Positions 25,930 to 36,481 of a stretch of DNA of 64,000 nucleotides are shown here, piece after piece. The translations under genes were made by a program, and so were the position numbers. The stretch is from Psilocybe cubensis (Eukaryota). Where the stretch lies: positions 3,472,001 to 3,536,000 of the forward strand of contig CM038998.1 of NCBI GenBank assembly GCA_017499595.2, written 5' to 3'. The notes beneath the pieces are model-generated. The model saw only the letters and a program-made list of their open reading frames with translations, searched no databases and was not told the DNA's origin. The stretch's first letter is position 1; every line of letters starts with the position of its first letter.

Positions 25930-26164
25930 CGTGCGCAGCGCTAGAGTCGTTCGATAATGCTAATACTAAAGTATGTGGTGTGGAGGGTGCACGCACGCCT
26001 TGCCAGACTCCAGTCAGTGCCACCACCCCGACTTACCTAATACTTGCAATTAGGCCGTAAACCCTAATTCGGCCACAAACTCTACTGCTACGCTCTCGCT
26101 CGCTGCCGGTTGTGGATGGCAGGACAATAGCACCCTTCACTCTCCACTTCCACCATCCAATTCA

Positions 26165-26885
26165 ATGCTCAAGCGACAGCGACCAGCGTCGCCCCCGATC
26201 CCCTCGTCCAGTGTGCCTGTGGTCAGCGACACCCCCGCAGATTTGATTGAACGACACACAAAGCGCAGACGCACTCTTCCGCCTGTGCTCGACGGTTCTC
26301 ATCGTGGCTGGGCCACGGAGCCGCGGACAAGCGCGGATGACGAGGACGAATATTACTCGGACGATGAGGAAGATGAACAGGAGTCCGACTTTCAAAGGCA
26401 ACAACAACAGCTACAGTCGGAATACAAATCAACGAATAATATGCTTCGCGAGCTGCATACCCTACACCAACATAGACTTTTGTTTTCACCGCAAGCTACC
26501 TCTGATACTAGAGCTTCACCTCTGACTGTGATCAAGCCTTACCAACACCAACAGCTGCTGCAGAGCCCAATCAAGGGTCTGATGCCACACCTTTCAGAGA
26601 GATTACAAACACCGCAGCAACAGCTTACATCCACATCTACGCCCGCCAGGATCGACAGCACGAAACGTACACACACAGACCCGCTCTCAGAAGAGCTCAC
26701 CCGTGTATCCGAACGATATGAAAGCACAAACAGGTACGTCACTCCCTCGCAAACTATATCTGCGTTCTGTGGGCCTTGTGATTGATCATTAGCGTCGTTT
26801 CGCTTCCCACAGGCTCCTAGGCTCCTGCTTTTTATCGCGCAGACGGGCATTGGGTGACTCGTCGGATGAGATGGCCGGTACTTGA
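26165..26885 (+). CDS. Hypothetical disordered nuclear protein with NLS and two YxxxNxxL helices (FAM104/VCF-like candidate)
   Basis: ATG ORF plus one GT-AG intron (~26733-26812) giving RYESTNR|LLGSCFLSRRR; basic MLKRQR and TKRRR, acidic tract. Confidence 0.7.
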
Positions 26886-27429
26886 CCGTGGTGCGTTCTT
26901 CTGATCTATATTTCATTTTGTCTTTTTTGCGCCATGGGCTCACACGTAATGAACAGGATGCTCAGATACTTTTGCCTGCATTATTCAGTCCCCTCCGCCC
27001 ATCCCCGTCCTTCCATGTCCATCCTTGAATCTATCACCGCGCTTCCTTTTCAGATCTCTAGAGACTACATTTACCGCACTTCATCCTTTCATTCCTTCTT
27101 GCATCACACCTATCCATCACCTGTACCACTAGGCAATTCCTTTCATCTCTTCCAACTGTCTGTTTTGATTTTGCTTCTTTACATCACTTCGAATATACTG
27201 TTTAGTCCCCCTGCATGTTCTTTTGGTTTGATTATTCATTATTTTTAACAAAAAATTGGCAGATAGATATAAATACACGTCTATGCTGGGATGAGCATAG
27301 CGATAGATGTCAAAAAAACCAAGTAATCTGGCTTCTTGACGGGAAGGAGCACCAATTCTGAGAACTGGAAGGAATATTATAAGCACGGACAGTGTCCACG
27401 ACCACGATAAGAGTCTATTGAACGTGAAT

Positions 27430-28161
27430 TTAAAGGGTGAACGACACCGGCTCCGAAAAGATATCGCTCAGCTCGCTTGAAAGGAGAGCTTCGATTGTAG
27501 TGTTGTCCCTGTTGTACACCCAAGACTTTGTGTCTTCGTGGTAATCGTACCGCTTAGGCCCGCTGTATATCCATCATTCAACATCGAACACACAGTTGGA
27601 ATCAGAAATCAGATTTCGACGGACCTCCGTGGCGAGGACAGCCATATCTGTTTGTTGGGCGGCTGTTTGTTGATGACATATGTGCCGTGCTTGCCTAGGC
27701 TTAGAGTAAGCACTCCACTCTGTGGTGTGAATGAAAAACACATTAAGTCAATAGTGGTTAGTCTCAGAGGTCTCTAGCTGGAGCAAAAGAGGGTTGGATC
27801 CACGTACGTGGTAGTCTACTTCATGGTCTGCGTCTCCGAGCTCTTCCACGAGTTCCTCCATAGTTTCTAGCATGCGGTCCATAGCTTTATCCGCCAAAAC
27901 ATGGTATTCCTCCGTCGACAAATGACTGTGAGTTTGCTCTTAGGATAAGAACTCCCAAGTCCGGTGGCCGAATGGACAACAGACGCACCTCTCGTTGACC
28001 TGGGGCGGAGGCGTGCTGAGCAACCGGCGTCGGACAAGCGCGTTGCTTGAGATCGTCGCCCCTGCTGGGCGGGTGATATGCCGCGAGAGTCGCTGGACAG
28101 GCAACCGGCGGATGGCAGTCGCCGAAGAGCGGGACAGAGCACGCAGCGTTTGCGAGAACAT
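27430..28161 (-). CDS. YFH1: Frataxin (mitochondrial iron / Fe-S assembly), 4 exons
   Basis: Arg-rich presequence; spliced [71 protein letters not shown]. Confidence 0.93.
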
Positions 28162-28249
28162 CTATACGAGAGTCAAGATCGTAAGAGCTAGTATAGGTAT
28201 TTCGGGATTTTTCTGCCCTGTAATTGCATCAAGCGTGAGGTATAATTAA

Positions 28250-28259
28250 GGTTAGGGTT
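28250..28259 (+). promoter_or_regulatory. Telomere-repeat-like promoter element GGTTAGGGTT
   Basis: Perfect 10-nt TTAGGG permutation about 90 nt upstream of the frataxin ATG. Confidence 0.4.
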
Positions 28260-28490
28260 GAGTCGCGCGTACTCGTCCAATAACGACGCGATTCTGATGG
28301 CGAGACACGCAATTTCTCAAAGGCTGGTACTCTCAAATCATTGGCAATCTTTTGCTAGGTTTTTGAAATAAGTTCTTCATCGCGTTCATCACATGTTAGT
28401 TAATCAGGTCATCTTTCAACTTGCAGCGAACTTAGTGTCAGGAAATGAAGATGAATCACAGCAGTCGAGTGAATATAATACAGAAGCAAA

Positions 28491-29179
28491 TTAAGAGGAA
28501 GGTTTGGGATTCTGCTTCTCTACCCACTCAAGCCATGATCCTTTATAGTTCAAGATGCTACGGGGGCAGTATAAGCACCAGCACTACTTCTCAAGATAGA
28601 ATAGATAAACTTACTTTGTGAATCCATTGCGTTTAGCAATGTCAGACGCGGTGGAACTTCTCTTGCCACTCCTGCAGTAAAACGTGACCTCTTGAGTGGG
28701 TCGTGGTTTTTCAAATCTGAATTTATTGAAGAACGCTTCCCTGTCCATATGGAGGGCTTCCGGGAGTACAGAGAGGGGAAGATTGACAGCAGAAGGGATC
28801 ATTCCCTGGATCACCTCGTCTGGTTCACGAACATCAATAATGTATGCATCCTATAGTTATACAGAGTGGCAGGTCAGCTCAATACACTATGAGACGCCGT
28901 GAAATGTAGTCTACACACAGCTGAAGGGTTTTCTGTTTTGGGAAGGAAGTCTTCGTAGGTGATGACTTTGGCATCCCAGTCTTTTTCCATTTTGTCTTGC
29001 AAGTCAAGTTGCTGTCTCCTCTCTTGCTCCTCGGGAGTTTTGAAAGCTTTAGTGGACGAGGGGGGTTGGGTCGAGTTGAAACGAACGGAAAGCGCAACTG
29101 CAGGTCTGACAGCAGTTACGGAAGCAAGGTTCGCCCTCGAGGCAGTTCTAAGGGTTCGGATGATAGACCTTTGGAACAT
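28491..29179 (-). CDS. Single-domain mitochondrial rhodanese (Rdl1/Rdl2-like sulfurtransferase)
   Basis: Presequence with RFNS cleavage-like site; IIDVREPDE, GMIPSAVNLPL, active loop FYCRSGKRS, NYKGSWLEW. Confidence 0.9.
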
Positions 29180-29949
29180 TTTGAGAATGAGATGTAGACA
29201 AGGCGCTCAGGCGGATGGAGTTTTTAGGCAGAAACTAAGATCAAGGGAACTTTGAGAGTTGGAATTGTGCACTTGGTAAGGATTGTCGTGATTATGACGC
29301 TTCGGTCACGGGATGAGTTATTTATACATTTATTTGATAACATGGGACTGTCAGGGGGCCTCTCCAATGCCCCGCGAAATTGCCGCAATAATTTCTTTCC
29401 ATGAACTTCCATCTTTCCTACCACCACCATCATCAACACCAGTCACTCATCCTCCCATTTATCATGGCGCCGGTCTATTCGTGTACTATGCTCTACTGGC
29501 TGGTGGTATACTGGATGTCTTCTGGAGGATCCGCACATGTTTCGTCGAATCGCTTCTGTTGTCCACGTTATCTCGAAGTCACCGCTGACTGCATTCATTT
29601 GCTTTGACGGTCGAAAAGCTGGTATCCTTTGGGTGGCGTGTCCTTTAACGCAATTCTGGCCCGAATCTGGCGTGTAAAATGCTATGTGAAGTCCTGGTGG
29701 TCTGCTAGGGGTTGACCCTTGCTTTGGTCCGCTTTGCTCTGCCACACTGCGGATATCGGCAATTGGCGAACATTCCAACTCTGCTTCAAGCTCCGATTCG
29801 TATACTGGCCTGCTCTTTGCCAAACTAGTACAAACATTCCGACTTCCATCACTGTTTATAAACATCGCCAATTAGAATCTCTTCGGACTTATCTCGACTT
29901 ACAACTTTGCTAACAGTCGACATCTGTTGACCAAACTGCTTAACCTGAC

Positions 29950-30645
29950 ATGGCTCACAATCACGGAACTCCATCTTCCTCTACTGGAGCTTCAGCTTCA
30001 GGTCATGACATGATGATGATCCCTTATCTGCACTTTACCGGTGGGGACTTCTTGTTCTTCGAGGAATGGCAACCTTCGTCGGCTGGAGCCATTGCGGGGG
30101 CCTGCATTGGCCTTGCATTGCTTGCCATTCTGGAAAGGTGGCTGGGTGCTACAAGAAGTGTCCTTAATGCCCACTGGCGCCGAAGGTACTTGCACTTTGC
30201 CATCCCGTTGCTCGTGTTAATCAACTAGCTTCCTTCAGAGCTTTGGAACAATCAGCTATTCGAGATAAGGCCTTTGTAGGACGTAACGTGTCCTCCGAAC
30301 GGCTTCATGAGTCAAATGACAGGGCTGAAAGTGAAGGGCCTAACGCTGCTGCGCAGCCTCCCGCAAAATCCAATGGTGCAATCAGTAAAACCCGCATTCG
30401 CACCATTGCACCCTTCATCGCTGCCTATGATATACCCCGCGGTATTTTATACGCACTGGAAATGCTTTTGATGTATTTGCTGATGTTGGCGGTGATGTAT
30501 GACTTTGCACGTCCTGGTTCCCATATCGTTCTAAAATCCCTCCAGGACATTTCAAGCCGCCTACATCATTTCGATTGTGCTCGGCTTGGGCATAGGAGAA
30601 ATTCTTTTCGGGCGCGCTGTGGCCATCGGAGGAGGGGGTCACTGA
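29950..30645 (+). CDS. Ctr (SLC31) copper transporter, 3 exons
   Basis: N-terminal His/Met motifs MAHNH..HDMMM; YLHFTGGDFLFFEEW; TM2 MxxxM (MLAVM); TM3 GxxxG (GLGIG); ends FGRAVAIGGGGH-stop; TATAAA at 29857. Confidence 0.92.
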
Positions 30646-31222
30646 TATGTCTAAATTGGAATTATTTTCAGTTATGTTTATGGTTCCATAACATATAAAT
30701 TGGATTGCTTGTTTGTTCCCCCAGAGTATAATATTACCTGAGGTGAATATGTGTATTCATTCGTCGAACCCCCTGCTGGTATACAAGGCGGACCGATTCC
30801 CGAATGTCTTTGCTTCGACAACATGTGTGCCAATGCGACTGGGAGGGACCTTTAGGAACAATATGTCCTCCTATGGATTGCTGCCTTGATTGACTAAACT
30901 TCTCCAACGATGTGGGGGGGTACATGGATTAGTAGACCTGATGAAGCGAGGAACTGGGCAATAAACATCAAGGGCCGATATTCCAGTTCAATTTCTTGGC
31001 ATTTTCGATCTCTTTGCTTGGCCAAGCTATTCAGCCATGGCGCAAAAAAGTTTTTCACTTGAGCACTGTGGAGGTCCTTGACTGTCCTTGAGGGTCCTCA
31101 TTGCCATTAGCGCCATACTATATAACGTGGCCTTACGAAATGGACAACTTTAGAGAATCCCGCCGTTTTCTCCCTTCGTCACGACCTCCTCTCTCTAAAG
31201 CCTTCCACGAGTTTGAAACATC

Positions 31223-32030
31223 ATGAAGTTCTCTACTGTTGCTTTCGTTATGGCCTCATTTGGTGCAGCTAATGCCCACTTCCGTCTAAACTATCCCGGC
31301 CCTCGAGGTGCATTTGTTGCCGACAAAGAGCCAGAATACTGTGGTGAGTAATTTTGTGGCTTTTGTCACTTCTTATAATCTGATGTATTATTCTAGGCGG
31401 ATACACTGATGTCACTACTAACCGTACGACCTTCCCACTTTCCAATGGGTTCTTCAAGATTGAAACTGGCCATCCTGGCTGGACTGGTACGTATAATTCA
31501 AATAAGATTCAGGGGGAATTTGTTTGCTGAACTATTTCTTGCAGCTGCTGTCATTATCTCTACCGCTGAGAACCCAAATTCATTCGATCTCTTCAGTAAA
31601 GATGGTGAAAGGCAGTTTGTTCGTCAATTCGCCAAGGAGGACGATGCTGGAGCTTTCTGCATTCCTTTAAATATCTCTGCCGCCAACATCGAGGGTGTCC
31701 GTGATGGATCGAACGTTACTATCCAAGTGGTGTTCGATGGTGGAGATGGTGCCCTGTACCAGGTACTTAGTACTCAAACCCTTGTTTTGCTTTCTGCGTC
31801 TGACTAGCCTTTACTAGTGCGCTGACCTTACACTATCGGCCAACCTTACCGAAGTTTCCCCCGACAGTACGTGCACCAATGCTACTTCGGACGGACACCA
31901 CCACAATGACGACGATGACGATCACAACCATGACGACGACAAATCCGGTGCTCTCTCTCTCTTGCATGGTTCTGCGGTTTACACCTCTCTGGCCCTTGGT
32001 GTGATGGGCGCTGTTGTAGCGCTTCTGTAA
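31223..32030 (+). CDS. X325/Bim1-like LPMO-fold copper-binding GPI protein, paralog 1 (His/Asp-rich tail)
   Basis: Signal peptide ending ANA then His1 (HFRLNYPGPRG); YCGG; second His in TGHP; FCIP; NVTIQ; DGGDGALYQCAD; DGHHHNDDDDDHNHDDDK; hydrophobic GPI-type C-terminus. Confidence 0.88.
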
Positions 32031-32474
32031 AAAATTCCTGTTTATACAGGTAGCATCCCATGTTCTCCTTCATGTGGACGATTTATTCGGAGACATTGCA
32101 AGATATCATGTCAATATTATACCACCTCAATCTATTGTAATTCATGTTCAAATACACAGATTTCATGCAAACTACCTTCTCTTGCGTCCAGACTTCAGAC
32201 TTCCTTTCCGGTTATCACAATGATCTATACATGTCGTCGCTCGTGTGTTCGCGATACCTACCCCAACGTCATCAAACAATGTTTTCCGGGACTGAACAAT
32301 CGTGGGCATCCCCCTCGTTGTGGCATGAGGTTTTCCCTCGGGCCATCAGGGTGATATAAAAATAGAATGTAAAAAACTTTTTCACCGTTTTGGTTTAGTG
32401 CGTATTTAAGGCTCGAAGCACTCTTCGATAACGTTCAGCTCACAGCTCAGAAATCTCGCAACGAAGAAACGATC

Positions 32475-33345
32475 ATGCGCTCTTCTGTAGTCCTCCTCGC
32501 TTGTTTCCTCACTCTCGTGACTGCCCACTTTCAGCTGCAATTCCCACCACCGAGGGGTCCTTTTGTGGAAGACGACGAAACGAATTTTTGCGGTATGGCA
32601 ACGCCTTTGGAATTTAACATTATTTAAATGCTCAGACGAATCGCCGTTCATAGATGGCTTCAATGAGGTTACCACCAATCGCACAGTGTTCCCATTGAGC
32701 GGTGGGTTCATCACGTTGACTTCGGAGCACCCCAGTTGGACTGGTGAGAAATGACAAGTTGATTTCAACCCCTGTCAAGAGGTTCTAATATGTCCATTTC
32801 GTCTAACCAGTTGGTTTCCAAATTGCTACTGCTGACGATCCCAACACTTTCGATGATTTCCAGCTCGTCAACAATTTCGCCGAAGTCAAAGGCGAAGGTG
32901 CTTTTTGCCTACCCTTGGATTTCAAGTCTTCGAACGCAACCGGGTTGACGAATAACCAAAATATTACTATTATGGTAGGGTGATGTGCAACTGACCTTGC
33001 CCGCACAACTTAACATCGTAATCTACAGATCATATTCTCTGGAGGGGATGGCAATCTTTTCCAAGTAAGTTCTTATCCATTGACTTTTCACAGTCGGACG
33101 ACTTATATCTGTAAAAATAGTGTGCCGATTTGATGCTGAGCGATAGTGAGAAGATATCCTCTGACGTTACATGCTCAAACGGTACATCTTCGTCCTCTGG
33201 CCCGAATTCGGGCACAAATCCCAGCAGCACTGGTACATCCGGCTCCAGTACCCCTTCCCCGACATCTCATGCTCTTCCCATCTCTTCACTTAATCTAGCT
33301 ATTCTGAGCATTCTGTCTGCTGTGATTGTGTTGACCTTTTTATGA
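32475..33345 (+). CDS. X325/Bim1-like LPMO-fold copper-binding GPI protein, paralog 2 (Ser/Thr linker)
   Basis: Signal peptide ending VTA then His1 ([11 protein letters not shown]); [24 protein letters not shown]; Ser/Thr stalk; hydrophobic GPI-type C-terminus. Confidence 0.88.
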
Positions 33346-35261
33346 AACAATAAGAATACATATGGAAGGCGTTTCGAATCCATTCCGTTCGGAACTCGTC
33401 CAAGTTTTACATGTATGCCCGCCCAGTAATGCTCATGGCAGCGAGGACAGTCATCAGCTTCGTGAATGATGTACTTTCACCACCTGTCAGAGCTCGTATT
33501 AACTTATGAGCTCGAGAAGGAGCATTGAGTGCATTAATCATATCTTGCTCCGGCAAGCTTGCTTCATTGGGGATCGAATGAGAGTCATGAGTGAAGTTTT
33601 TAATGAGGTATACATGGAGGTCGTAAATTTCATTACAACATTGAGTTAAACTGGAAGGATCACTGGATGGGTAATCTTAAGGTGTATTAAGCCTTTGATC
33701 CCATGTTGTAATTTACGATTACTTGTAGATGACATTAAATTTTGTAGAGCGCTAATTTGGGGTGAAATTTCTATAAATAGATTCACCTCTCTGGCGTCTG
33801 TTCCGGCGTTCGGGGACGTCGACGATCCATACGCGACCGAACTCGCCCTTGATGAACAAGTATAGGAGCGAGATAGAAGGTAACTAGAACGAGAAAGAAG
33901 CCAGCTGAAATGACCCAGTCAATCTTTGGCAGCAACTCGAGTCCCGGGACCCGGGCAGAGCAGCTTCTGCCAGTGGGAGCTAAAGTGCTCAGGCGTATGC
34001 AGGAGGATATAGAGTCAATCCTGTAATTCTTTAGCTTCTATTTGTGCAGGGAAATAAAAGATTTCTTCTCACCTACCATGAAAAAAGTCAGATCCTATGG
34101 GAATTCTGGGGGGATGGAATTGGGTTTTACAGACACAAATACTTCAAACTTCGGAAACTCGTTCCGGCCGACCTACGGAGTCATTCGAAAAACACCTACT
34201 ATCTGTCGAGAGTGAGTATTATGGGGTTGGATATTTTCGCTGCCGTCGGCGCTGACGCAAGTTCTAGCATAAGAATAATACTAAATAGATGTATGTGATG
34301 TCTTCACTATTTAACCCTATATTGCTCAATTTGTTGATTCTTTTGCCTTATATCGCAGACAAAGCTTTCAAAACTTTGTGAGAATTTTGGATAAATTGAA
34401 CAATGACACCGAGACTGCCCCTTTTAGTAAATTTTCCATCTCTAATTGATCATCCTCGTTCATAATTCTGTATAATCGTTAGAAACGGCTCTCAGCTGTG
34501 TGTCACCGTTTTTCTCTTCACCGGTTTTTTTAGTTGTCTGTGCTTTTTCATGAGAATATGCGGTCATGCCAATCTTGTCAGCGGAATGCACATTCCATCG
34601 CGAGGCTATCATATATTGCCTAGATGGGGATATGGCTTTTATGAGTCAGCCTAGATTCATCAGCAAAGTAGTATGTCACTGGCCGGCTTGTTCATGTTCA
34701 TCCACATCCACATCCTTCCATAAAGGTCCATCAACTGCCGATGGTATTCGCAACAACTCTACTTCAAAAGTTAATTGTGAATTTTCGAAACAGTGACGCT
34801 TGTCAATTAAAGCACCTAGGTCAGCGAACCGGCCAGTTGAAACACGTAATGTTTGAAATGTGAAGCCCGACAGTGTAGGCGACATGATAATAGGTATGGT
34901 CCCAGCGTTCGGTGTAATAGTCACATCCCGGTGCCCGATCCCCCAAGTAGATTGGGACATTTCCGGAATAGGCTTCTTTGCTACCCAATACCAAGCCTGA
35001 CAGAGCATTTGTCGAGTTACCGCGAGCAGAAAACTGCGCGAGTCATCTTCCTTCGCCTTTCGGTGGCGGTGTTACTACGTACCGCTTAGCTTGTCTCCCT
35101 AATCTGGATGATCCTGGATTATAATCTTATAAAGGTGGCACTTGCACCGGCCACGCTCTTGCAATGTGAAATAGCCCCGCGTTCAATCCCTGCAACAAGT
35201 CATTGTTTCTTCCCTCTCCTCCGCATACAACCTATTTTCAAAGCTAGCGCCCACTATCATC

Positions 35262-35838
35262 ATGCTATTCCGTCGAAAGGAGATTGCTTGGGAGGTCGTC
35301 GACAGTAAAAGCATTCAGCCTGTGCCCATGTTTTATGAAGATGAAGGTGCATATGCTCGACTGATACTACAGAGAGACAGAGCTGATAAAAGTGTCACAA
35401 CATTTTCTAGATCTAGAAGTTGTTTCAATAAAAGAGACAAATGTCCGAAGAACATATGTTCTTGACGTTAAACGCGACGCCAGAGAAAGCAACCAGCTAC
35501 TCCGAGCACTTATGTTTGCGCGAGAGCAATTACAGCAAGAAATCAAAAGAAACGGTTATAATGTCCTTCTTTCTGAGAGGTAAGTTTCTTGATAACTGGT
35601 ATTTTGAAAGGTCCTATTCAACTGACGGATAACATGCATGTAGTTGGAATGTAACTGTACTTCGGAAGGCAAAGTTGCATAGGATACAGGTGGAATACGG
35701 CGGTCGGCGTGCGTTTTTTGCTTTTCATTGTCGGTCAATAATTCAAGCTCATCATAATTAACTCTAGCTGCCCTCGCGCTCAATAAAATCCCTGAGCGAC
35801 ACCCACCATTCATGGCCATCTTACAGACTTCTCACTAA
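35262..35838 (+). CDS. Small hypothetical protein, 4 exons (possible YbjQ-like fold)
   Basis: Three GT-AG introns give MLFRRKEIAWEVVDSK..FYEDE|DLEVVS..RALMFAREQLQQEIKRNGYNVLLSE|SWNVTVLRKAKLHRIQVEYGGRP|ALALNKIPERHPPFMAILQTSH-stop. Confidence 0.7.
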
Positions 35839-36481
35839 TCATCGCATCTGTAGTACTCCCTACTTACACCCTCCATTATTTATTTGTAACTTAAACCTGG
35901 GTTAATATGTAGCATAGATTGTCACCCCTAGTAGTAGCACTGTACAGTATTTCTTGTAAAAGTAGAAAAATCAAAACAATATAAAAGCGTATTAACAATT
36001 GGATTACCTTTCCACCATAAATGTCACTATAACTGTGTACATATTATCAATGTTCTGGGCAAAAAAAACTTGAAATGAATTGAATACGTAACCGCAGTTA
36101 TGTGGCAGTTACAATGTGTACCAATTGGACAGCAGACTTACACGAGGACCCAGATACCGACATACATGGCTCGATAAGATCACAGAAACCAAAAAAGCCG
36201 AGATGTTGATCGCCTGAGGCCGCTCAAGGCAAGTCTTTGGCGTGTTTCAAGTAGACCATACTTGATAAGAATTCAAAATACGCCGGCACTTTGTACCTTT
36301 TGAGCAAATTTGAACTTGTTCATTCAATCGGCTGTAGCATTATTACCCTGTTATGCCGTGGCTTTCGGGACGATCTGAGGTTTAATTTATGAAGCAAACC
36401 AAGATAATCGAATGCCGAAATGGCAATGTAAGTCGATAGATCATCGAAGTACACCCTGGTACCAATAATAGCGCTTCCAAT

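Noticed and set aside
31223-33345. Calling the two His1 proteins catalytic LPMOs (AA9/AA14 type)
   Set aside because: Small domain, GGDG..YQCAD/FQCAD with an Asp ligand and GPI-type tails match X325/Bim1, for which polysaccharide oxidation has not been shown.
33849-33910. TGATGA...CTGA pair as a box C/D snoRNA (also ATGATGA near 50109)
   Set aside because: Imperfect C box context, no terminal stem and no recognisable rRNA-complementary guide.
34312-34319. TAACCCTA here and CTAACCCT on the minus strand near 58004-58011 as possible telomerase RNA templates
   Set aside because: 8-nt telomeric permutations are expected about once per 5.5 kb by chance, and I could not see a convincing pseudoknot or other TER element.
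34676-35008. 110-aa minus-strand ORF
   Set aside because: No recognisable motif or splice partner; lies in the upstream region of the 35262 gene. Kept only as part of the unexplained-gap finding.
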